DNA of 64,000 nt, from IMG/VR virus record IMGVR_UViG_3300032050_010539. One strand, given 5' to 3'. The DNA comes from a virus. The translations under genes and the position numbers were made by a program. Under the pieces are notes generated by a model. The model ran no database searches, had not been told where the DNA came from, and saw only the letters and a list, made by a program, of their open reading frames with translations. Positions within the stretch are counted from its first letter, which is position 1. Every line of letters begins with the position of its first letter. Positions 37,494-48,900 of the stretch are shown in pieces.

Positions 37494-37856
37494 ATGGTAT
37501 TATCATTGAAAAATATGCACACACAACTCGAAGATTGTGCTAGTCAACTACTAGTAGCAGCAGTAATCAAGAGAGATGAGGAGGCCACTGAGGCTATTCT
37601 AGATGTCATCGCCCTATTATTCAGCGAGGCCGAGCAGGTAGAAGCAGCTCATATGGCTTACAATAGCCTAGATGAGAGTGGATGTGACTGGCTTCAGGAG
37701 CAGATAGAATTGCTAGACTGCCCCTCAGCCGAGGTTAATCAGAAGGACTTGATGCAAGCACTAGAAGACGAGGGTATCTTTGTAACAGAGCAGGCCCTAG
37801 AACACACGTACGGTAAGTCGGAGCATGATGATGAAACTAATACGATTCTTAAGTAG
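37494..37856 (+). CDS. hypothetical acidic protein
   Basis: 120-aa ORF, GAGG RBS. Confidence 0.65.
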   Translation: MVLSLKNMHTQLEDCASQLLVAAVIKRDEEATEAILDVIALLFSEAEQVEAAHMAYNSLDESGCDWLQEQIELLDCPSAEVNQKDLMQALEDEGIFVTEQALEHTYGKSEHDDETNTILK

Positions 37857-38106
37857 TTTACTAGCTCTAGTACGCCTACTGAGTCGAGCTCATCTTACAT
37901 GGGCCGGCCCGTATCTCACAGTAGACTATGAGGGAGTGATAATCCGCGTAGGTCAGGGGGAGTTGAGTATAGATACCAGTAATCATATGATGATTAACTG
38001 CAATCACAAGGAGGATAGTAGACCAGATGTTTCCAGCGTGCAGGATAGGAGATATGGTGAGGAGCATATGCCCCAGGATACCCGACGGGCCTTTCTACAC
38101 AGGTAG
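37825..38106 (+). CDS. hypothetical protein
   Basis: 93-aa ORF overlapping its neighbours. Confidence 0.4.
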   Translation: MMMKLIRFLSSLLALVRLLSRAHLTWAGPYLTVDYEGVIIRVGQGELSIDTSNHMMINCNHKEDSRPDVSSVQDRRYGEEHMPQDTRRAFLHR

Positions 38107-38284
38107 TCCTGATACTATGATTAATGGTAGACCCGCCATACGAATAGGGGACATGTCAGTGCCGGGCCCTGCTATCACTGGTAGCCCGCGCACATTTATT
38201 AATGGCATACCCGCCGTGAGTATTATAGATAACGTCTTCTGTGGCGTTATAATAACAGGTAGCGAGGACACCTTCATAGACTAA
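38027..38284 (+). CDS. PAAR-repeat baseplate spike tip protein
   Basis: PACRIGD, TGSPDTMINGRPAIRIGD, TGSPRTFINGIPA, ITGSEDTFI. Confidence 0.9.
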   Translation: MFPACRIGDMVRSICPRIPDGPFYTGSPDTMINGRPAIRIGDMSVPGPAITGSPRTFINGIPAVSIIDNVFCGVIITGSEDTFID

Positions 38285-39192
38285 TGCTTACATTTAATAG
38301 AGATCCACAACCTGCCACCATAAGCGCACCCCCCACTACTACTAATGCCGTCATACAACAGTTCAATAGTGAATTGGAGGAGGAATGGGTAGTAGGAGAG
38401 CAGCAGGTTACCACACAGGAGGCCCGCGTGTATAGTCGACGATATCACGAGATACGCTTCAACGAAACAGATCTCGTACGATTAGATATGGTCAGCCTGG
38501 GTCAATATTCTAGTATGTATGAGGCAGATCACTACTACAGACTCATACGCCCCTTCTACGAGGACGTATACTCTGGCTCAGTGTCTAATCCCTATAATAT
38601 GGGCCCGCCCAGTGATAGTGATTTCCTGCAGTGGCAGAAGCGTATTAATACGTATAGGCAGGAGAAGCACTATAAACCTAAGTGTGTGGATACGCTGGTA
38701 TGGCAGCGTCCCGCTGATTGGCCATCACTAGGAGAGGATCAAGAGCAGGGTACCCTTCCTACTACACCCTATGTACTACCTCTAATCAATGTAGGTAAGA
38801 GGGTGGCCGCCCGTGTAGTCGTAGATCCCCCTGTATCTCACACGGTAGAGATACTACAGACTCCTGATGGGCCGGCCCAGGTAGTCAGTGGTATATTCTT
38901 ATTGCACTGGCCTATTATACGTATTAAACTACTAGAATTATCACTAGAGGCTCCCTCTACCGTAACCGTGGAGTTCTGGGGAGAGTATCTATTCTCTCGC
39001 TTCAGTCCCGAGATAAATCACTCAGGAGAGAGCGATATACTACAGCACCCCGTAGGCTCTAGTCTAGAGACCAGATTATTACCCCCCAATAGGAGCGGTA
39101 TGCCGCAGAACTTCTGGAATAACGGTGGGGATACAGCCCCATTAGTAGATGATTACTGGGCTCGCCAGGGGAATGGATCATGGACAAGCTAA
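38284..39192 (+). CDS. hypothetical protein
   Basis: 302-aa ORF coupled to the PAAR gene. Confidence 0.7.
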   Translation: MLTFNRDPQPATISAPPTTTNAVIQQFNSELEEEWVVGEQQVTTQEARVYSRRYHEIRFNETDLVRLDMVSLGQYSSMYEADHYYRLIRPFYEDVYSGSVSNPYNMGPPSDSDFLQWQKRINTYRQEKHYKPKCVDTLVWQRPADWPSLGEDQEQGTLPTTPYVLPLINVGKRVAARVVVDPPVSHTVEILQTPDGPAQVVSGIFLLHWPIIRIKLLELSLEAPSTVTVEFWGEYLFSRFSPEINHSGESDILQHPVGSSLETRLLPPNRSGMPQNFWNNGGDTAPLVDDYWARQGNGSWTS

Positions 39193-39948
39193 TACTACTA
39201 GATAAGCTAGCGCCACTAGATAAGGTGAAGTTAGAGGAGTTGGAGCCAGAGGACATGTGCCAGCTCCTACATTTATATTACCTAGATACACCAACTGATA
39301 TAGATATCCTTAGGATTAGAATAAGTAAGAGATTACTACGTGGAGTTAACCGTACCTATCTTCAGCACCTTAAGCTACTATATGTTTACTTAGGACACTA
39401 CCTTAAGAAATCAGGAGTTATACGTTGATTTATATATCAATTACATTCTCACAGCATCAGTCCCTTGATTGGTCACATACAGTAGGAGAGGATGCCTTTG
39501 GCTGGCTACAGACAGCGGGGGAGGATAATATTATAGTAGAGAAGTTAGAACCATACGAGGCAGTACTAGCTATAGAAGATGATATAGCGGATAATATAGG
39601 ATATATATGCGCCATGCTAATAGAGTACGGCGTAGTAGAATTTAATGTTCACGTAAGTCCTACTCAATTAGCATGGTAACACTCTCAGACTACAAACTCA
39701 CATACGAGATAACATCACTACCGACTATAATATTCGCTGGGATGACCGCGGCGGATGAGCCATTTCACTTCACTCGCTTTGAGGTGCCCCCCATTAATGG
39801 TCCTATCGAGTGCCGCTTTTCACTATTCGATAAGTCAGGTAATTTAATAGAGTTATCTAATCAATATGTGCACAGTACTACGCTAGTGGCTACCTGCAAT
39901 ATAGTGCCACTGCGTATGATAGAGAAGCTAGTTAAACCAGATCCATAG
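39180..39948 (+). CDS. three coupled small hypothetical genes (39180..39428, 39425..39679, 39673..39948)
   Basis: overlapping stops and starts. Confidence 0.6.
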
Positions 39949-42900
39949 AGTAACTCTCACTCTCATCTCGATAGGCCATACTATTAGGACGATCTACTGT
40001 TAGGTCGCTCATGTAGAGGGCGTCATAGGTGTCGTATTCATCACCATTGAATATAGTTTGTACGAAGAACTCAACAGGGGAGCCCGTGTCATCTACGACC
40101 TCGGTTTCAGCATTATCCTCTCGTTCCATGCGAGCTCGATTCATACCTTCTTGAGTAGCGCGTATACCAGCACTAACAGCGTCTAGAGCCGCGGGGGCTA
40201 CACTACGCTGCATACTGACCTCTAACCCACGATGAAGTAACTTATTTACGAAGCCTGCTGATACGAGACTCAATGCCCCCGTGATGACGTTGCTAGCTAC
40301 ATTACGCAGGCCCGCGAATGGGTCAGAGTCTATTGTGGGCGCCTTACCGAGTGTCTTCTCTACGAATGGGTTGATAATATAGCGGCCTGCGAGTTGAGCT
40401 GTTGCGCCAAAGGCTATCTCCTGTGCTAGTAGCATACCGACACCAATTGTATAGTCCTCGTGTAGTTGACCTGCTAGGCGGCCCTTGAATCCCATACTCA
40501 TCAGAGTACCTGCAGCGAAACGTCCCATCTGGTTACCTGCTGGGGCGCTTACGTAGGCCATAGCGCCTAGCATATTACCCATAGTCTGCTGCATTGCCTC
40601 GGGGCGGGCTCCGCCACTACTAATCATATCTCCTGCCAGTGCCATTAGGGGGAATAGAAGTACATCCATTAGATTACCGGCAGTATTGTTAAGAATAGGT
40701 AGATCATCTGCTACGCGTAAGAGGGGGCGGTCTGGTCGCGGGCGAGGGTCTAGTGGGTCTACATCAGGGGGTGAGCCGGCCAGTAGATAGTCGCGCCGAC
40801 GAGCTGATAACTCCTTAGCTCTATCTGGGGCGACCCCCATATCCTGTAGCAGTTTTATATAGCGCGTATCGACGTCACGGCTCTCATAATCTCGTAGCTC
40901 CTCTACTAGTCTATCGGCTGTATCTACCTGCTGACCTAGTGCTGTAGCGCGAACATAAGTAACTAATCGACTAGTGGCTGTCTCATCTGTGAGAACTGTC
41001 TTCTGAATAAATTCTGCTATCTCCTTATCAGCTGGGCTAGGGGTACCGCTATTGAGTAACACACTAAAGATATCTGCTATTTCATAGCGCTTACCATCAG
41101 CGTGAGTGAAGGTATCCATAAGAGACTCGAGGGCCCGTGTTACCTGCTCAGGCTCGTTTATCTTCCCGGCTGATACAGCCTGTAACAGTGATCTAACTAG
41201 CGGACTAGCTCCTGAGCCAGTAAGGTCACCAGCGGTAGTAATCAGATCCTGACCGAGTACATCCTCTAGTTGTCCTCCGTATAGTGTGGAGCGGGTACTA
41301 TCATTAATAGCGAAGCGCAGTAGTTTACTGCCATCAGTATTAGCCCAGAGTGATGCACTCTCCCTACTACGTAGGAAGTTCATAGCTAATATACGCTTAG
41401 TATCCGTACCCATATCCTGGAAGCGCTTATCTCCTATTACATCACGAGTGAAGTTCTGGAACTCTTCTACTTCTATCTCCATCTCGGTGAGGCCATTAGT
41501 GATGCCGCCTGCTATGAGAGTATCTATCTGAGCGGCCCGCGCGGGCTCACTATTTATGTAGGTCTCTACACTCTCTGCTAGGCCTCTACCAGAGCTAATG
41601 GGGTTACCTGCCTTATCGGTTGGCATAGCCCGCTCGAAGGCGAATACAGCCGTCATACCTACTAGGTCCTGACGTAGTTGATAACTGGCTATGAGGGCGC
41701 GGCTATGAGTACCTATTTCATCTCCTCGCAGTACGCTCAATCGACGAGATAAATCTAACTGCTCAGTTTCTCCAATGGATAGCTTAGTCAGCAGATCATT
41801 AATCTTAGAGTCCTGGGCATCATTAGTAGCTGATGCCAGTAATTCTTTATGAGCCCCTATATACGCATCTAACTTGAATAGAGGAGTTATAGATGGTAGT
41901 AGTCTACTCATATCATCTACTACACGCTGGCGCTCCACATCATCGACAGCATCTACAAAGCGCTTATGGTACTGCGATAAGTTCTCTAGGAACTCAGCAC
42001 CCCCCATCTTAGGCTTAATAGCGTCCCGCAGCATTTGCTGTATCTCTTGTAGGAATGTGCCTACCTCGCCTACCTCTGTTCTACTCTGGCGGGCCAGTCT
42101 CTGTATATCCACTATCTTACTATCGGCCTCTAGGTTAACATCACTCGCGCTCATGCCTCCTGCCATACCCTGATCGATTAGTATACGACGCATGTCATCC
42201 TGTAGGGCCGAGCTATTCTCTAGTGCGTGAGACACAGCCATGATGGGGGAGCGCTCGTATAGCATACCCACGGTAGTGTTATACGTCTTACCGAGGATTA
42301 CACTACCTGCCTGGCCCAGTACCTTCTGCATCATATCGAATTGGCCGCCGCTCATGACACTACCATCAGCGCGCTTCATGTACTTGCTGAGATTATCGCG
42401 GGCATTAACAGCAGTTAGTTTATGCAGGAAGTCATAGGCCTTCTCTTCCTGATCATTACCTGTAGCGCTCAGGATATCATGTAGACTAGCCCGCACGAAT
42501 GGCCCCGTATCAGGGTTATTAACAAGATCGGTTAGTATGTTCTGATCCGTAGAGGTAGATAATCTATTGACTATATCAACTGCACTATCAGTTCTGCTCT
42601 GCTGTATTAATTCTAATAAGGGCTCATGGGCCGGCTGTATACGCGCGTATACGTCCTCCATCATACCGAAGAGACCGCGGGACTGTTCTACTAATACCAG
42701 GGCATGTTCTATACCTCGCTGTTCCAGCATACCCTTATCTAATTTCATATAGCCCGCTACCCAGCTATACACTGAGTCGGTATACTCATTCCAATTAGCA
42801 TTAGTGGCTACCTGCTGTATAGTATCCAGTAGAGCACTGGCACGCATATCTAGGTCATTAGCTTGCTTCTCTAGAATGGTGCGCTTAGCGGGATCAGCAG

Positions 42901-45900
42901 CCTGAGATGCCATCTCCCGCCGCTCCTTAGCGCGTTCCAGCATATCATCACGCTGCAACTTCATCTGAGAGTAATTGAAGAATATAGCGCTGAAGGTATC
43001 CCCGTCGAAGTCCCCTAGGTTACTAGTTATAAAGCTGATGGGATTAAGTAGAGTCAACGACTTATTACGAGTATCATCAAAGAAGTTAAAGCCACTGCCA
43101 GTTAGGTCCCGGTATATGTTATTGATACTATTGAGCGTATCTAAGCCGAACACCAGCTTATCGAGATGGGTGTTCCCAGGAGGCGGGCTACGTTGAATCC
43201 AGGCTCTTGTTAACTCTAGCTCAGTGAAGAACATACTCATATCAGCCTGTAGAGTACTATTCATTATGAGTAATGAATCGCGCGCCGCACGATTAGCCAT
43301 TACTGTATCTAGTTCCACTGCATAGGCAGCGTTTGCATCACTTACCAGCTTCCTATACTGAGCTATGAGAGCTACACCTCTATTATGTAAATCAGTGCCC
43401 CGCGGGCTCTTACCTTCTAAATACGTATCTACAGCAGAGGTCACGGCATTAATAGTTCTCTCTAGACTATCTAGTCTAGTAGAGAATGTATTCAGCATCT
43501 CAGCACCATCCTTACCACGCGTATCGCTGAAGAAGGATAGGTCTATGGGATTCTTACGTATACGGCCCTGTAGTAGATCCAGGTTATCAAACCTATTACC
43601 TAATGCATTAGTGTCAATGTAGATCCGCATATTATCAGGTATGATAGAGCGGGACGGGCCCTGACTACCTATCATGAGCCCAGAGATAATAACAGGTAAG
43701 TGACCCAGATCTCTATACTTATGAGTTTTAGCTCCAGGCAGAGATTCTAATATTGTTCCCATCTCGGCTTCACCTAGAGTAGATATTAGAGAATCCCCGC
43801 TACCGCTGAATTTCATGCTACTGAATCTATCCATCTCAACTTTAATTTCTATCTCTAGTTGAGCGTATTCAGCTGCCTGTGAATCAGGAGCCAGTTTTCT
43901 TATACCGGCTGCTTTGCTCTGGAAGTTCTTACTTTTATCTACTACTGTCTCTAGCCCATACATACCCGCTATACTGAGACCCTCAGTTATAGCGTATATC
44001 TGCTGTTGTATTAACCTGCGACCAATTCTCTTATCACCTGACTGGCTAATAACAGACAGGTTATTCTTAAGATGGTCCCCTAATCTACTAAGTATCTCCT
44101 CTCGTGTCTGACTACCTCGCGTACCAAAGCGCTCCATAGTGGCCTCTGCTAGTACGGCGCCGCGCACAGGTACATACCAGCTAGCGGCCCCTACACCAGT
44201 AGTACCTGTCACACCTATCTTATTACCAGTGATAGACTGCAGATATGCACTCGCCAGGTCATTATAAACGCGGGCCTCATAAGTGTTATTGAGTTCCTGG
44301 AACCGAGTCAACTCCTGTATCTGGAAGTCACTGAGGCCCTCTAGTTCAACAGTAGTCCTCGAGCCAGACTCAATGGCCACCTTCTCGAAGATATCGCGTA
44401 CTGCACTACCGGGGGCCAGCATAATCCACTTATCTACCGTAGCAGCGGCTATCTCATTCTCGTGGCTACCGAACTGGATACCTGCTATCCTCACGTCCTC
44501 AGGACTCAAGATAAATCCCCTATCCTTAATAGTTGTATTGAATACAACGTTATTCCCCTCTATACGGAAGGAGGGGAACTCATAGGCTATACGACGAAGA
44601 CCCTTCTGGCCCATTGACTGCACGGTAGCTTCAGTAGCCTCTACACCCAGTACCTTATCCCCTGCTAGACGCCAGCGAGACGCATGGGCATATACATCAT
44701 TCTTCAGGACACGAAGTGACTGGCGCACTACATTACGCAGAGTATCTCTATCGGTCCCAGCAGGTTGCCCCATCCATGTAGCTATCTCATCAAGTATAGT
44801 ATGAGTAACATTAGTAGTATCGAGGCCCGACCCTCTAGTATATGACACCATGTCAGTATCACTGGCACTCTCGAGTAGAGACAATGCAGTGTGGAACTGC
44901 CTGTATCGTTCGCGTAGATTAGTTATATCACTTAATGGGGCCCGCGCATCGTTATATGCTCCTAGTAGTATCTCTCCCAACGTAGAGTTAGCGTGGAAGT
45001 CCAGACTAGCCAGGTCATACATAGGGATATCATCCACCGCTATTTTATTGGGGTCTGCCCCTATGGCCATCTTCATGACGCCAAGGATAGCCCTACGCAT
45101 ACTATCAACACTACCATCACGCTTGAATTTATCCACGTTAGCCATGAAGGGACTAGATACTATATGCTGCATTTCTAGTTGCGCAGTGTCCTTACTACTC
45201 AATGGCACCTTAGAGCTACTACCCATCACGGCATTATATAGCACTACATAGCGAGAGTAATTACTCAATCTATCGAGCATAACGGCCACGTTCTCCTGGC
45301 CTACGCTTATCTCATCTGCCTGCGTAACACCTGCTATAGCGCTCATAGCCGCATACGCATGACGAGATATACTATCGCTACCAGTCACTGGCGTAGTCTT
45401 GAGCTCTAGGGTATTATTAAGTGACATGAGCTGCATCATAATCTCTAGATTACCGGCTATAGCAGCACGCTCAAAGCCGCGACCCATAGCCCCAGTATCT
45501 ACATAACCCCTGCGCGCTGCATCTGCTGCATCTACTATCAGACCTACCTTATTAGATAGTGCCCCGCTACTAGTTCCACTGCGCAGGGCCATCATTATCT
45601 CTGATATATCAATGGCCCCTAGAACAGGACTCTGTAGTCTATTAATAGCACCATCACCCCCGCGTACTAGCTTCTTACCTATTTCGAGATGAGGGGGGCC
45701 ATCTCCTAGTTTATCATTCCGCATAAGTTCCAGCATAGTAGACATATAGAGGTCACGATAGTAATTACCGAGCCGCCCCTGCGCTGCCAACTGCGCTATC
45801 TCTATATGGACACTGTCTATATTAATATTGCTGCTATTACTAAAGAGACGCGAATCAGTTATGGAAAGGAGAGCGGCCGCTATCTGCTGATCATTCCGTT

Positions 45901-48900
45901 CTAGTACCCCCCGACGGAATAGCTCCCCGCCATTATAGGTAAGTAGAGTAGCCCCGTGGTTGAATGCGTAGCTCTTCAGGTTAGTGGGGCTGATTATATA
46001 CTGGATGTCCTCTATCTCGAGGGCACTATGATAGCCCCCCTGCTGTATAGTGGGGAACACCTCACTACGCATAACGTCCTCGCTCAGGAACACAGGGACT
46101 ATCTTAGCCAGACCGCGCTCTGCCTCTACCCTTCGAGAGCCACCCTCAAGTAGAGTGCGTAGGAATTGTATCTGCACCTGCACCTCATTAGTAGCATCGC
46201 TACCAGTCAGCCTACTGACCTGTAGTAGCTGCTCAATAGCGTACTCGCCTCGTATACCAGCTGCGGCACTAGTAGCCATAGCGGCCCCCATATTAGGATT
46301 ACGGGATGTACTCTCTATCTGGTCTAGGAATACACGCATCTCACTACGACTAGTGATAGCCTGCTTACGGCGCCCCTCTCTATCTAGTAGATAGTAGCGC
46401 TGCTCTCTCTCATCGAATACAATACGGTCATCGCTACTCACCAGTATATTATCGAATGTCCAATCCCGCCCTAGTAGACTAGCCTTACTACTCTTAGTAG
46501 CCTGATCTAGGAAGCCGCGTCTTACCCTATGTAGAGGGTTAGCATACGCGTAGTCACTATAGGCTCCCTCCAGTGCCATAATCATAACAGTAGGACGGGC
46601 CTGTCCAGAGCCTATCAATCCCCGCTCTCTACTAGCGAATAGCTGAGATTGCACTATAGTGGCGCGGAATAACTCGGCCAGTACGCTATCATCCTCAGTG
46701 GGTATATCCTCACTATCGATACCCAGGCGGTCGGCCAATTCATACCGTATAGCCTCTAATTCTACAGCTGCCTCACTACTCATAAAGCGAGATATTCTAC
46801 CACTGAATATAGCACCATAGCGATAGCTATCATCTACGATACTACTATCTAGTCCACGTGCCTCTAACCCGGCGCGCAGGTCAGCTAGGTATGCGTCCTG
46901 ATACATGCTGCCCTGCAGTACATCTACATCGCTACCTCCGTAACGGGCTTGATACCTAACGGGGGTCAACTCAGGTATGACCCTACCGGTATCAGTGGGA
47001 CTAACTAACTCCAGCACCCGGGTATAACCCTCGCTTATATCCATGAGCGGGCGCATACCAATCACGTTCTTGAGACGCTGAGGCACCTGATCCGGCTTAT
47101 TAGGATCAAAGAAGAACCGGAGTAGATTATCGCCGCGGGCATCGAACTCTGCTTCTAGCAGGGAGCGGTCTATGCCCAAATGGCTCACTGCCTTCATGTA
47201 TTCACTCAGCTCATCTCGTCGTATGATATCTCCCACACCAGTACTGCGTATGATGGATAGGTCGAAGACCTCACTGGCAGTGGCACGGCGAGATAGAGGT
47301 AGCACATTATTATAACCAGTAAAGTACTGGCTCTCATCAGTAGCCGTAGGGCCTGCATTACCTTCAGCAACTCGTACAAAGAGAAAGTCATCGCCTACAC
47401 CAAGATCAGATACCGGACCTACAGGCAGTGGGCTGGCAGTATAAGCAAAGGCACTCAGGTTACTAAAGGTAGTCTCATTAGCCTTAATACGACGTAGTGC
47501 GGCATTAACTATAGATATACCAGCGGGCTGCCTATCCTGACCAAAACCGTAGGCTAGTAAGCGATTACTTGCTTGTGTAGAACCATAATTACGAGCCTGT
47601 GTAGGGGTAAGGAACGCGGCGAATGCACTATCATGTATCTCCTTTAACCTCTCGCGCGCATCAGTCTTATAGCGACTATCATTCTGGGATTCGATAAACT
47701 TGAATAACACATCAGCGAACATAGGGCCCTGATCCATAATCTCATATAGCTTATTAGCAGCAAGATTAAGGGCCCCTCTGCGGTGTGCCTCTAGGTCTAT
47801 TATGGGCTGGCCTCTTTCATCTGCAGACCGCGCATAGGTAAGAAATATGTTAGATAGTTCCTCGAAGGCCACTCTACGGCGGCTATCAATACGAGATATA
47901 CCCGCTAGGTCTCGTATACGATCTAGATCGGGGTCACTAGAGTAAAACAAGGAGGTCAGGTTACTGAGGCCCTGCTGTACTCTACTAGTACCCTCGTCCG
48001 TGGTTAGGTCAAGACCACTCACGCCCAATAGCTTCTCGAAGAAGTTCATGGCACTCTGATACTGAGCGCCAGGGTCGCGCTGTACGGCTTGGGCAGCGCG
48101 TATATTATCAGGGCTATAGTACCTCTGGTACTCTATAAGTGGGGCCCGCACTAAACGAGTAGTCTCACTCTCTAACGCAATAGAGCTCATGAGACCCACT
48201 ACTACATCCAGTGGATTAAGGCGCAGGCGTCTACGGGGATCCAGACCCACACCAAGACCATCACGTTCTATAGCCAGCTCCATACGCATTGTGCCAGTAT
48301 TGAACAGCTCAGCTGACTCTATCTGACGACCCCCGCTTATATCTATGAAGGCGGCGGGCCCCTGTCCACTAGCGTTCTTATAGGCACCCCATCTATATAC
48401 ACGCTGAGTAGGTAGGCCCTTATTGAGCGTTAGAGTAGCGCCCTCTAGGTTAAGACCATCGTAGTCTCGCTGTACGCCTATGACCTCAGAGCCTACAGCC
48501 GCGTTAACTCTCTCTATTTCGTTGATTAGGTCCAGTATGGCTCCTCTATCTACTCTATTACCGTACATAGACCTACGGTCCCGTTCACTATAATGAGTCT
48601 CACCTATTCGTTGTATTCCCAGGGAGCTCTGTAATTTATAGAAGGCCCGCGCGTATTCTCTATTCTCCTCATTACGCTCCTCATTAGAGAGACTGAGAGG
48701 GCTTGTACCCCCCACCCTATCGTAAATTATATTGATCTCCTGGTTAACGAATTGGCGGCTCAGGGGATCATCATTATCTGCCAGAGAATTAAGACCATAG
48801 TTACTAGATCCCTGGCTACCACCCAGGATATCGAAGGCCTGGCGATTGTTTATATTCTGCATGTCAGGCCCGGCCCCTTGATTTATGGCGTCATTCTCGT